From Phoronis australis (lineage: Eukaryota; Animalia; Phoronida), in assembly GCA_002633005.1 (NCBI GenBank), contig NMRA01000025.1:1444548-1508547 (forward strand): a stretch of DNA of 64,000 nucleotides, given 5' to 3'. How positions within the stretch are numbered: position 1 is the stretch's first letter; each line of letters starts with the position of its first letter. The notes beneath the pieces were generated by a model. The model was not told the origin of the DNA and ran no database searches. It saw only the letters and a program-made list of their open reading frames with translations. Both the position numbers and the translations under genes were made by a program. Below are positions 1 through 11,882 of this stretch, one piece after another.

Positions 1-122
1 GGCAAGGGGCAGTCTCTAATATAAAGGTCTACTTAACTTCGGTTCCATTGAAAACAGTTCATTGGTCATTCGGAATGAGGTCTGTTCTGAGACGCACAAA
101 CTCTAAGCTTTAAAATTTGCAG

Positions 123-296
123 AGATTTCAAAAGGACATGAAGGATGATGGATTCAGGAAGGTGGAGAGCAAAGATTTGATCTTGCCCAAGGAAATTGAC
201 TCCGATACAACTATCAACGTGTTACTTGAACCATGTAACTGGAAGCACAGTGGTGAAAAGTGTGGCGCCGGGGTAGAATTGTTTCCCCCAAACCAG
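123..296 (+). CDS. Paralog A of TNFR-ZU5-UPA-DD receptor, UPA-like exon (gene 5' part lies upstream of the window)
   Basis: tttgcAG acceptor, CAG|GTAATC donor, 174 bp, phase 0-0; RFQKDMKDDGFRKVESKDLILPKEID...PPNQ aligns without gaps to exon 25713-25886. Confidence 0.85.
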
Positions 297-1326
297 GTAA
301 TCATTGACTCGGGGCAATGTAGGAACTAAAAGAGCTCAAATGAAAGCTGAAATAACTAGAATTTGAGAAATGAAGACTTTTGAGACTTTTAAAACTCACA
401 CTTACGTCTACTGTAACAAAAGATATCTGGCCAAATCAGATTTGTGAAGCGTCAAAGGATTATTAAACGAGTACCTATTTGCAAGTTGAAATGTGCTTAT
501 TCAACGCGCACTGGTTCTTAATTAACACGCAGAGTTGCCTAATGAACAGGCTAAACGCCCGGAATTGTTTCTTAAACCTTTATATCTCTGTGCTTATTCA
601 CAGGTACTCTAAAGAGCCATGGAACGCAAAACTCTTCAAATTTATCTTTTAAACAATTCCTGACGAAAGTACCATCACCCAACGTCCAGTACAGAGTAAT
701 TCACTTTCCTACCCCTAACATACCTGGTGAGCAGGTTGAATTCTGTGTCAGTGGCAGAGGACCACTTTCAATATTGCAGTTTAGTCTGTTTATCGCGTTC
801 CAGGCCTCTTTAAAATCGGCCGCGTTTCGTTTGTGCTGCTTCCTCTCGGCGGTACGTACTGACTGTAGACTTGCCGTTGGTTGGACATAATGCAATCGTT
901 CACTTGGCCAAATCGGCAACTGGTCATTTTTTACACTGCGCGAGTAAGGAGATATGACGTCTTGTGTACTGGCCCGCGCATTGTAAAAATGGCCAGTTGC
1001 CGACTTGGCCAACTGAATTAAGGACTGTCCAAAACAAATTTTAGAACGGTATTTGTTCGAATTGGAACGAATTTTAATTCTTTAAAAAGACATAACCGGC
1101 CTTCTAATGTGTCTCTCTATGAGCAACGTGCCTTTGGTGTTTTGATCAATGTGAGGCATAATTCGCCAAAAAGCTTCCGGCGTATGAAGCGCTTTTAGGA
1201 GATTCACTGTTTGTAAGGCTTGTAGTGACGATGGTTACTGCCCTGAAGACTACATGTGCCTGTGTTTAGCGTACTGGTACAGTTCGCGATTTGCCTGTCT
1301 CACCCTTTTCCGATATTCGTTTACAG

Positions 1327-1590
1327 GAAGTGACGGTGGGGCATTTCGTGGACTGCAGGACACCCGTGTGTGCAGCTGAGTGGATTTTAACTAATATCCA
1401 GAGGCAAAACTCCTTTAAGGCTATCCTGATTTTCACGACGACGTATGTCCCTCCAGAGCCAGAAGACAGTTTATTACATAGCATTAGAAGGCTCTTGAGA
1501 CAGGGGGACAATGAGCGCCGCCCACCAGAAAGTGAGAGAACTCCGTTAGCCATAGAGTTCGACTTAGAATGTGACATGCCACAGCCAAAG
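1327..1590 (+). CDS. Paralog A, second UPA-like exon
   Basis: ttacAG acceptor, AAG|GTGAGG donor, 264 bp, phase 0-0; EVTVGHFVDCRTPVCAAEWILTN homologous to 27677-27925. Confidence 0.85.
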
Positions 1591-1939
1591 GTGAGGCTAT
1601 CTCAGACATTATTGTCTGACGTAACAGAATTAAGCTTTGACAATGGGTAATTTTCTTCAAAATACAACTCACCCGAACTGCCATGCGACTGAGCCTAGCC
1701 TTCTGCTAGTAGTGAAAATTAACTTTGATCCTTACTCAGGATAGAAGACATTTCTGGGCTTGATCAGAAGTGGCCATTACTTAGTGTCCCTGACCCAGTT
1801 GCACTAGTTGGCTTGACTCGACGGGTCATTTTAGGTTTTGCGCATCATGACAGTCAATAACAGTGACTGTAACGAGGTGGACTGGCGAGGGAGTTTCAAA
1901 ATTGTAACAAACTTAAAATAAAAGAATTTAAAGTTCGTT

Positions 1940-2135
1940 ACTCTTGTCTGATTTAGTCGACTTAACGTTATAAAACTTAATTTTCCTTAGCTTGTTTCTT
2001 CCTCAAATTATATGTGAGCTCTGAACTTAAAATATAAAAGAATTTAAAGTTCAGAGTTCACATATAATTTGAGGAAGAAACAAGCTAAGGAAAATTAAGT
2101 TTTATAACGTTAAGTCGACTAAATCAGACAAGAGT
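1940..2135. repeat. Near-perfect inverted repeat (89-bp arms, 18-bp spacer)
   Basis: 1940-2028 is the reverse complement of 2047-2135 with one mismatch. Confidence 0.9.
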
Positions 2136-2480
2136 GTAATTGGCAGAAGGGGGGGGGGGAGCGGGGTTGCTCGTACAGCAACTTAGGTCTTTAAAGTTTG
2201 ATCGCTCACCACTACAAGGGTGTAGACTCGTCATGCTTGTCCGGGACCCACCACTGATCATGTCACGAAATTTTGAATTTATAGACGCTGAGGTTGGCCA
2301 GTAATGAAATATACCAAATAAACACAGAAAAATCAGGAACCCCAAATGGGAATCGAACCACATATTGGTGAATTGCTGATTGTATATATAATTGTCCAAA
2401 TCCCGTGTGAAAAAGGCGAAACACCGCTCATGGGATGTATGACTTAACAGTTGGCTGTAAACAGTAATTGCACAGATATC

Positions 2481-2550
2481 GGGTCCTCAGTAGCTCGGTG
2501 GTGAGAGCACTAGACCGACAATCTAGAGACCGATTCCCAGTTGGGGTTCC
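2481..2550 (+). mobile_element. tRNA-derived SINE-like head (degenerate)
   Basis: A-box-like TAGCTCGGTGG, CTAGA-loop-TCTAG stem, degenerate B box; no intact cloverleaf. Confidence 0.4.
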
Positions 2551-4208
2551 TGTTTTTTCAGTGTTTATTTGACGAAATTTTGATGTTTACAAAAGTTTCA
2601 AAGGGGTTACAAACTCGCCTTCCGTTCAAATGATTTATACAATTTACTGCTATAAAATTGGCCTCGAGCTGTGAGTTAAAATAGATGTGATCTTTGAGCT
2701 TGGAAAGAACTGACAGTCGTTGACTAGTCTCGGCGCATCATTTTAATCTCAGAGTGGTAAGCACCAACTGCATGCTTGAATAAAATCGACCCGTTTCAGA
2801 TAGCTGCGCGTGCCAGTCGAGGTTAGCATCCGGGATCTTTGAGGTTACCATGGGATTCGAAGTTGGTCAGTACCAGGATTTTGAGTTGGGGGCAGGTCAC
2901 AGGAATAACCAAAATTTCGCCACAAGCGCGCCCAGCCTAAAATGTAGGGATGCAGGGTTCTCGAATCTTTGGGTTTGTGATGTCACAAAAAAAACGTAAA
3001 CGGGAAGGCCTATGCGTTGTGCATTCGTTCGCCCCCAAAGCCCCCCTGGGTGCGCGCATATGCTAGTCAGCAATTTGCACCCGAAGTGCCAAATGGTATC
3101 TGGGAGAATTTTAGGGTGGGGCATGGCCACCTTGCCCCCCCCTCAATCCGCCACTGAGTACAAGTGCCATATTGCCGCGCCATTAGGCCCATGGGCGTCT
3201 ATGCAAAAGTGCGCTTATGTGCGCATGAGGTAATATGTGAACCATTGGGGTAAAAAAAAACATGGAAAATGGCATTATTCCGGATTTAGGCCAACGGACC
3301 ATGTACAATTTTATTTCGGATGTAGACCCAACGTCCACGTGCCATTTGTGTGCGGTGCTTTTACGGTATAATAAGAGTGGAAGAGTTACTGCGTATTCAG
3401 AACAAAATTCAGTTACACTTGACGTACATGCTATTTACGTATATATGCGTAGCAGTCTAGTTCTATATGGTAGCTAGCTACGTTATGACCTGTTATGTGA
3501 CTCGTGGTGACGTAATACTTGTGTTGTATAATGGGGCGGAGCACTGGGTTGCACACGTGACCTGGCTAATGTCGTTACTCTGACCCCAGCGTCAGCTTTA
3601 GTAGCAATCCTGGTAAAGGCCAAGTCAAAATCCGCAATTACCAAAGCTAGATTGCTATTTTGTGACCTAAGTACGTGCCATCTTATTTTCATAACTTCAA
3701 AGATACTTCGCTAGAATTGGGCGGCAAGTGGAGTTTGTTTTTCAATAAAATCAAAATGTCAGTCCCACCCAAACTGTGGTTTTGGCTGTAAAACTGGTTG
3801 TGCCCTTTTGACATACGCCCGTATTAGTTACGACCAGACTCATGATCTTTGATTGAAGGGTCATGAAGCAGTGACGGATGGAGGGGCAATGGGCAGTTCG
3901 GGAGTGCGAATGTCTGACGGGCAAAATCCTGGCTAATACTCTGCTCTGCACCCCCCTCCCAACTCAAAATCCTGGATCCGCCCCTGTGTAGATCTACACT
4001 GACAGCTGTGCCAAAGTTTGGGTTAACACGTTTCTTACCCATCGAGGACGCAGATTTGCGGTGGTACTATGTTTAATTATAAGACCGTCATTGGTTGTAG
4101 AAGATAATGACGACCCTGTACATATAATTGAACATTGTATAAATTAAACGAAAACCTTGTGATAGCACGCCGTAAAAATATCATGAACCATTCCTTTTCC
4201 GACTTCAG

Positions 4209-4369
4209 AGTGGCTTAGGTGAAATGAAAGTCTTGGTGAGTGAGGTGACTAAGGACGATTGGCAAAAGTTACTGGATATTGTGACTAAAGAAATGCGGCA
4301 ACATGAATATAGGCCTTTTGGCAGAAGTTTAGGCTACTCAGAGGGTCAAGTGGACAACTTTACACACAG
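4209..4369 (+). CDS. Paralog A, death-domain exon 1 (missed by the ORF track)
   Basis: ttcAG acceptor, AG|GTACTT donor, phase 0-2; ...WQKLLDIVTKEMRQHEYRPFGRSLGYSEGQVDNFTHR fits death-domain helices 1-3 (xxFxRxLGxSExxID pattern). Confidence 0.8.
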
Positions 4370-4632
4370 GTACTTAAAAAGTAAACTCATTTCCGTGGAA
4401 TAAATGAGTGCAGTAATTTCTCTCAGAAGCTAACCAGCTGTTTCTGCATACAGATTAACATGATAATAGACGACCAAAGCGACTTCTGGTGGCTGACAAT
4501 TCCTTAAGTCTGCACTTCTTTTTGACCTAACAATGAAATTTATTTTTGCGACCTGACGAAAGGCACGTAACCCTGTCTTCATTAATTAGCCCCTAACTTG
4601 TCACAATTGCGACAGGTTTGTTGTATGCTTCA

Positions 4633-5580
4633 TAGGCGGATTTAGGGGGGGCANCTTCACTGTGCAGTGAAGAAAAGTACTTCATTTTTTAAAGAAAATG
4701 GAATTTAAGTGACCATGAAAAACAGAAGCTGCTGGTAAGATGTGAATTTTAATCGAAGCCTTTGTGAATCACTCAGAAACTTATAATTCTCTCTTTGTCA
4801 AACCTTAACTTAAGACGATTTCGAAAGCAATGTGCGCACCGATGGGGGGCTCAGGGGGCTCGAACGAGCCCCCCAATTTGGCGAAGTGGGCGAAAAGGTC
4901 CGCCTGAGAGAGACAAAAGGTCCGAGAAAATGAGACAAAAGTCCACTAAACAAGCACAAACACGCAATTCACAGTGGTGCACCAGTTTTTTTTTCTTTTC
5001 TTTTTTTTTACTCCGCCGGCTATTTTGTTACCAAAAGGTCCACAACGCTATAAATTCGAGCCCCCCCATATTGAAGGCTGGGTGCGCGCATGCATTCATT
5101 AATGCCAACACAAAAAAACTGATTTGGTCTTTTGGGCATTTGAAGACTATTTCAAATACGACAAATTTGTTACAAACTGATTGCACAAAATATAAAAAGT
5201 GTAACAAGCATTGCAAAAGGAAGTAGGTTTCGCGCGCAAACGCTGTGGACCGTAAACAAGTAAGTCTCTTAGTATCAAATTACGAGTGAAGTCATGGTGG
5301 TGCAGTGGTAAAGCACGCACGGTCTATCTGACAGGTCGTGAGTTTGAGTTAATTACAGTTTTTCGAGTTTGACGCGTTCTCGTGTTGTTTTTTCTTGGAT
5401 AATACTCCAGGAATCAAGGAAAATGCTTGATTTTTAGAGGAAAAACAGAAAAATTTTCATGGACGGGAGAGGGGCAAACCTCCCCCCCATTCGGTGGCAT
5501 GCGCATCTACAATCGTGCTTTACGCAAATGTTTACAGACAAAATGTTTTCCCCCCTTGTGATATCTTAGATCCGCCACTG
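4633..5580. mobile_element. MITE with GGCGGAT...ATCCGCCACTG termini, containing a nested TGCGCGCACC-type MITE (~4831-5092)
   Basis: Terminal inverted repeats; body closely matches 39200-39940; nested part matches 21691-21933 inverted; same terminal family at ~2870-3156, 3870-3986, 13382-13590, 26896-27048, 47708-47861. Confidence 0.6.
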
Positions 5581-6610
5581 ATACTTGACGCAAACGCAGA
5601 TTTTTCGTTCTACAGAATGCTTACACTCTGCCGCTGCGCAATTTAGATGGCGCTGTAGAAGAGTGGATCGGATAGATTCCTAAATTCACAAATGACTATT
5701 CTGATGTTATAATAAAATAGTGACAGCCACGACTAATGGCCACACTGCGCAGACCAGACTCAGCACAGGCTAATCCGCAAATATACGTACACACTACCTT
5801 CCATTCCACCTCGTAGGTACACAAACAGTTTAGACATGTGCCTACCCGCCATCTGTTGTACACAAAAAGACCATTTGTTTTCTTTTGGCTGTTTTATAAA
5901 AGCATTGCTGTCATGGAGTAGCCAAACGCAGCAAACAAAATTGACGCGTCAGACTCGTTGAATAATTTTGTAACCACATTATGTTTGGGCCTGATTTATC
6001 AAAAGTCGTACAAGAGGGTCGTCCTGGATTACACAGTGATTAGAACTCTCCGGAGGAAAGAAAGCGCGTTATTTTTGAAATGTTAAGCACATTTTCTCAT
6101 AGGTCATGACGGAAACCGTCGAGGCGCATAGCCGTGGAAATATTCCTTAATTCGAAATTGAAAGGCCATCTCCAAGAAACGGGATTCTGTGGGGCTAAAA
6201 ATTGACCAGACAATTTTGCTTTATGCACTCGCACCGATCTTTCTTGTCTTTGATTGATGTCCAGAAGGTGACTAACTTAACATCACGGATCCACGGATAT
6301 TTGTCCACTTTATCCAATTTTCTTCCGTCGGAGTTGTAGCCCAGCGCAGCAGTAGCACTTCCTTCGTATTGGAAGGACGAATAGAGTGATGCAGCCGATG
6401 AACTATGTAGAGAATTCTGCAACTACAACAACGAACATGGCACGAAAACGCCAGACTTCAAAAGTTCTTGGCGGATATTGTGGCAAGTGGGTAAAAATAG
6501 GGCACTCTTCCGGTGCCGCTGTGTAACCTGGGTCGGCATTCAGTGACAGTTAGTTATAATCTGTCCGTCTATCATGAAAAGTACAAGCAGGGATCCATCT
6601 TTTTTTTCAG

Positions 6611-6827
6611 ATTTCCCGGAAACAAGGAAGAAGTCATCAGACAAATCTGCATAGCTTGGAGACTGGCTAACCCTAATGCACAACTAAGGGTGTTCATTGA
6701 GCATCTCCCTGATAGCGTAAGGAACGAGATTGGAGACGTTATCAAAGGAATACATAATCCGCATCACCAGCGCAGTCGCGCACATAGTCGTATATCATTG
6801 GACTCTCTGCCAGCCAGTGACGTGTAG
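6611..6827 (+). CDS. Paralog A, death-domain exon 2 and C-terminus (ends ...LPASDV*)
   Basis: T-tract cAG acceptor matches the phase-2 upstream donor; FPGNKEEVIRQICIAWRLANPNAQLRVFIEHL fits DD helices 4-6 with the conserved Trp; TAG at 6825-6827. Confidence 0.8.
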
Positions 6828-7770
6828 ACATTGTGAACACGTCAGTCTAAGACTGGTTCACTACAACTCCATACAGGCTGGAGCATATAGGATAATAGTT
6901 AAGCCAGTAACAGTTGACTAGCTCATGTTACCTAACGAATTTTTAGAGAAGCGTTTTAAAAACGTGTTTGATTCGTCGTCCTGATGGCTGTTCAAACTCG
7001 TGAACGGACCATTTCAAAAGTCGTGGCATTCAAATCAGATACAAGCACACACCTATGTACACTGCCAAAGATGTTCATTCATTTATGTCTTGTATGGGGG
7101 TTAAAACTCCATCAAGCGTTGTGAAACTGCAGGACTGACGTTCTATAGGTCAACTTTCCGTATTCTTAAATTTGTCAACTATACTCCTGTAAAGTCTATT
7201 TGTTGCTTTAAATAGCAGTAAACAGCACTTTATAGCTTTTTAAAGCAACGAAGTGGTTAAAATTACGAAGACGGTGTATATCTCCCTGCTTAAATGGAAG
7301 CTCGCTCGAACTCTCGATATATTCGTCGATCTTCCCAAGGAGCCAAGAATGGAGTAGATCACCAAGAGGAAACAGTCTCGTGAGTTTTCTTTGTGATCTA
7401 TTCTTGCTTTTCGAGGGATCGACGAATCTACCATGAGTTTGGGCGATGTCCTTTAAAGTTATGTAGGACCTTTTTGACATGTACTTTGTGTTCTTTTTAT
7501 AGCCCCTCATGCAGAAATGGAGCACCTTAAAACAATTCCTAAAGTTTATAATTGTGCTGTTATAAATCAGCGTGTTGTTATATTATAACTAAGAATTAAG
7601 GGTTCAAGTTTCGGTAGGGGCTGGACATCTTTTCAGACTTAACTCTAGGCACGGCCCCAGAAATCGCTTTTGCATTATATCCAGATTCTCAGTCACTCCC
7701 CTACTTACATTCACTATTAAGAGCGAGCTCAAAGGAGTACGAAACGCAATTGTGCTATGTTCAATTGTCT

Positions 7771-7840
7771 ACCAGTAAAGCCAGGATTCGAACCCGGGTC
7801 TCCCAAATGGAAGACCAGAGCTCAAACCACTGAGCCACAC
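7771..7840 (-). mobile_element. tRNA-derived SINE head (paralogous copy ~34912-34980)
   Basis: Minus strand has A box TGGCTCAGTGG and B box GGTTCGAATCC; anticodon and acceptor stems do not pair. Confidence 0.55.
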
Positions 7841-8840
7841 TGTCTGTTGACTATAGGTCACGTGATGTTACTAACGTATGGTGTAGGAAGACTACTGGAT
7901 AATTCGTAGTTAGGCTACTTCCTAACTTCTTTTTGGGGAATATAGTATCAGACTAATCTGACAGCAGCATCTCACGTTAACAAAATTTGCTGAACTCACA
8001 ACAATGTTCACGATAAATAAGTTTCAACGATAATCGCTCGAGCTTTCTTTGTCTTTGACGGTCGCTCGCAGCGCAACAACAAAACAAACAGCGGCAACAG
8101 ATGAACGTAAAAAGGTAGCTATATTTCGAGCATAATATCCTATAAGTCTGGTCAGTTATTTCTGAGATATGACTTTCCAAGTTTAGCCAATATGGACATT
8201 TTTCTAAGGTCCTACCTAACCTTAAAGCAATAACTCGACATCACTGTTGCGCATTTATGAAATTCAATGTACAACATCAGCTGCTTCCAAACTGTTCGAC
8301 TTACGAGCAGCTGACTTTTGCCTGTTGAATGTTCAGGTTTGTCAAGGTGAAAATCTCCCCTCGTTTAGACTCTTTATTTTTGTACTTTTATACTGGTCAC
8401 TGAGCAGACTCAATATTAACTTTAGAATGCTGTGCAAACCTTTAAAATCTATACCAGTCCTTGTCAGTTGATAAACGTTTTGTGCGGTATCCATGTATCA
8501 AATTTTAGAATGCTTTGTTGTTGTACAGTGAAATTAAATATACGTATGCCTTATCTAATTCACATTATTTTTTGCAATCTGTGTAATCAGCGTGTGCTCT
8601 TGATAAACGTTGCTTTCCTTACAACACCGGCTTGCGAAAGCAATGGAACCGTTTCCATAAGAAACAAATTCATAGGGTCCAAGAATTCGTGACTTGAAAC
8701 CTAAAAATTCGTGATTTCTTCATGCAATATAATTTCATAACGAAATATTTGAGTTACGAATTTTTGAACCATTGTTTCGTTGAAAAGGGAATACCTGTTC
8801 CTTACAAACAATATTCGTAAATTATGTTAAAACAGCTTAA

Positions 8841-8848
8841 GTGCCGTC

Positions 8849-8898
<50 letters not shown>

Positions 8899-9424
8899 NN
8901 NNNNNNNNNNNNNNNNNNNNNNNNNNNNNNNNNNNNNNNNNNNNNNNNNNNNNNNNNNNNNNNNNNNNNNNNNNNNNNNNNNNNNNNNNNNNNCACACAC
9001 ACACACACACAGACTTGCCCCAGAACAAGTTACTCCTGGAACAAGTTGTCGATAGGTGTGAATGCTGTCTGGACGCTATTTAAGCTACCGCAACTAACTT
9101 ACCCACTTGTAACAACTTATTCCACATTATCGAGATAGGGTAAGGGTAACTTGTTCTAGGGTAAGTTGCGCCACTTTTAATCGCTGTGTGGCCGCATAAG
9201 TGGGGTAGGGCGGAAGTTACTATCAGCTAGCTGCTGTTACATACAGGTTCGTTTTCTTTTGCGCGCCGTATTCGGGATTATGAGTCCGTTACCACGCACA
9301 GAGCGACAACTTCCGCCTTGCCCTAGTTATTGGGAATGTGCGCGTGGACGCTCCACTTAAAAGTGGGGTAAGTTGCACAAGTGCAAGTTTTCTAGATAAG
9401 AGTAGTTTGTGTGTGGACGGGACC
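8841..9424. mobile_element. PIF/Harbinger-like MITE with a (CA)n microsatellite spanning an N gap (8899-8993)
   Basis: TIRs GTGCCGTCCCCACAC...GTGTGGACGGGAC; related copies at ~23240-23470 and ~36545-37085. Confidence 0.55.
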
Positions 9425-9775
9425 TTACTTTACCAAGAAAATCAATGGCATCGGCGAGTCAAAAAGATTGATCAAAACGCCCTGGTTTGACCAGCACTTC
9501 CAACATTGGGCTACTCCTATCTCGCGCGTCAGATATCTTAGTCTAGGGATAGTTATGTTACGAATTGTCATTCAAAAATATTTACAGAGCGTGGTCATAA
9601 GGCAACGCTGATTACATTCCGTTTGTGGAACCAGAGTGGGGTCTGTGCCTCTGTTTGAAGCAAGAAACCAGCGAAAGAAACGCAAACGAAGGTGTGTCAA
9701 GAATGTTGCGTTATGATTGGTCAGTTACGCCGTCCGACATAATCTTGCAAAACTGCAGTTTTTAACCTCGTAAAT

Positions 9776-10445
9776 TCAACGTTTAAGCAAGATACGCCCT
9801 TGTTTAACTTGGAATAATTCAATTTCTGCTTTACAAAAAATCCCACAGTGAACCACACATTCGGTAACTGGTTGCAAGACATTTTAAATGCATTTTCTAA
9901 TAATTTTGGAACACTTCTGAGCGCATTCGCAGTTTTTTTTCTACCCATTTCCAAGTTTAAGCAAGGGCGTGGCTCGCTTAAACTTGGAATAATTCAGTTT
10001 CCGCCTTACAAAAATCACGTGGTTAACCAAACATGCTTTCACTGATTCCAATACATTGTAAATGTATTTTATATTACTTTTGAAACACCCCTGAATACAT
10101 TTCGTAGTTTTTTGTACGCAATTCCAAGTTTAAGCAAGCCACGCCCTGGATTAAACTTGGAATGATTGTTTATTAGCTTTGCAAAGTCACTTGATGAACC
10201 AAACATTTTCTGGCTGATTAAAATATGACGTAAGCACAACTTTTTTTCTTATCTTGATACTTTATTGAACACGACAACAATTATTTTCTTCCGAATTCCA
10301 CATTTAAGCAAGTCATTCTATTTTGTCTTTACAAACCCTATGTTGTGAAGTAAGCATTCCCTGAAAGATTACAAGACATTATGAAAACTTTTTTCTATCC
10401 CTGTAAATTATCGGTGATTAATTTTTACCCAATGCCAAGTTTAAA
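9776..10445. repeat. Degenerate ~173-bp tandem satellite (~4 units) with an internal palindrome
   Basis: TTCCAAGTTTAAGCAAG-like motif recurs at ~9776, 9949, 10122 and 10296. Confidence 0.7.
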
Positions 10446-11737
10446 AGATGACTGTAGTAAAAATAATGCAGCAGTAAACCGGTTCTAACATACACATAAA
10501 ACTCACATTTTCCCGAGTTGCACTACAAACAAAACTGATTCACATTTTATTGTAAAAACACTAATGCTGACAGCAGTCGCTGATTGGCTGATATGTCAGT
10601 GGCTGACAGGGCATCGACTGCTTATCATATATTTCTGCTCCACATTGGAGCATTGCGTGGATAGAATTTACATTGCGTTTTATAATTGTATCACTGATTC
10701 TTATTATTTACTTTTTGCCAGTGTAGTAAAAATTCCCCGTGCCTTTTTGTTGTTCAAACTCTGCAAAAAAAGGTGTCGTCTAAGAGGGCGGACATAGGAT
10801 ACCATCCGTTGCCCTTGCCTTGGTACAAAGCTGTATGCTAAATTAATTCAGAACAAAATACTGTTCCCTTCAACAAGCAAACTTGAAATAAATGTCTTTT
10901 CATTTCACAAAAAAATAAGAGGTGAAGCAAGCTTTCTCTCGCAGATTACAATAAACTTTAAACGCAATTCATGTTCTTGAGACTTCTCTTTCACATTTGC
11001 AATCGTCTTCTACATAATTTCAAATTTAACTAGTACTTGAAACAGTATGGGGTTTCACATTTTCAATTATATAAAAATTGTAATACCTTTAATGAGACAC
11101 TTTCATAGACAAAAAATGAAATCCTAGAGCTGGGCCCAATCTTTTTGGAAACCCCAGGGGATCACGGAAAACATGTTCCCCAAGTTAGTGCAGGTGGACC
11201 GTAGTCTCTTACTGGAGATGATGTATGTTACAACGAAAGTGATGGATAGTTTTTAAAGATATTTAAAAATAAGAAATTGACTTTGCTTTAACAATATCTG
11301 CATGGACAGGTCTAAGTTTTTATTTTTTCTAACATACCACCAAATTATAATACAACATAAAACATACTCTGTAAAGGTACAAAGGCTGGCATACAGTATT
11401 TTTCAAACTAAACTACACAATGTTGTAAATTGACAAGGCTAATAAAATATTTGTTTCTTTTCCAATAGAATCCCATCCAATTCTAGCTAAATCTCAACAA
11501 AAACAACTTATTGGGCAAGACACAATGTCGACATTCAACTCTGACAAAAGTTCGACTAGTAAACTGACAAATTATTCTGGTAAGAAGTTTATCCAAATTT
11601 GACAGTCTTGGAGTCTTCTGATGAAGTCTGTCAATTTGTTGGCATCAGGTGATACATAGTTACATCTAAAATGCTCTCTGTCCCGACCAAGGTTTGAACC
11701 CAGGACTATCTGCTTACACGTTAGCTAACACCTGCCT

Positions 11738-11882
11738 CCCGTTCAGTAACGCTAGGACCTCGCTAAAAAGCAAGACTTCGCGAGATTTCGTGAGAAATTG
11801 CTGTGCATTTTAAATGAGAGCACGTGACTTTGACTAGGTTTTAGCTAGGTCCTAGCGTAGGTCCTAGCGTCTACTGAACGCA
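11738..11882. mobile_element. Small MITE beside a SINE-like remnant
   Basis: TIRs CGTTCAGTAACGCTAGGACCT / AGGTCCTAGCGTCTACTGAACG; partial copy at ~23756-23800. Confidence 0.6.

Noticed and set aside
6100-6480. Exon-like intronic segment shared with ~33330-33720
   Set aside because: Stops and frameshifts in both copies; no consistent frame or donor
7208-7525. Minus-strand ORF with a similar ORF at 34513-34722 (LKDIAQTH...GDLxHSWLLG)
   Set aside because: Lies in the duplicated 3' flank, so similarity is expected; ORF ends differ, indels are present and no domain is recognisable
7771-7840. Possible tRNA gene
   Set aside because: A and B boxes present but the stems do not pair; better explained as a SINE head
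8802-9138. ORFs with HT/CV runs
   Set aside because: Translations of a (CA)n microsatellite and the N gap
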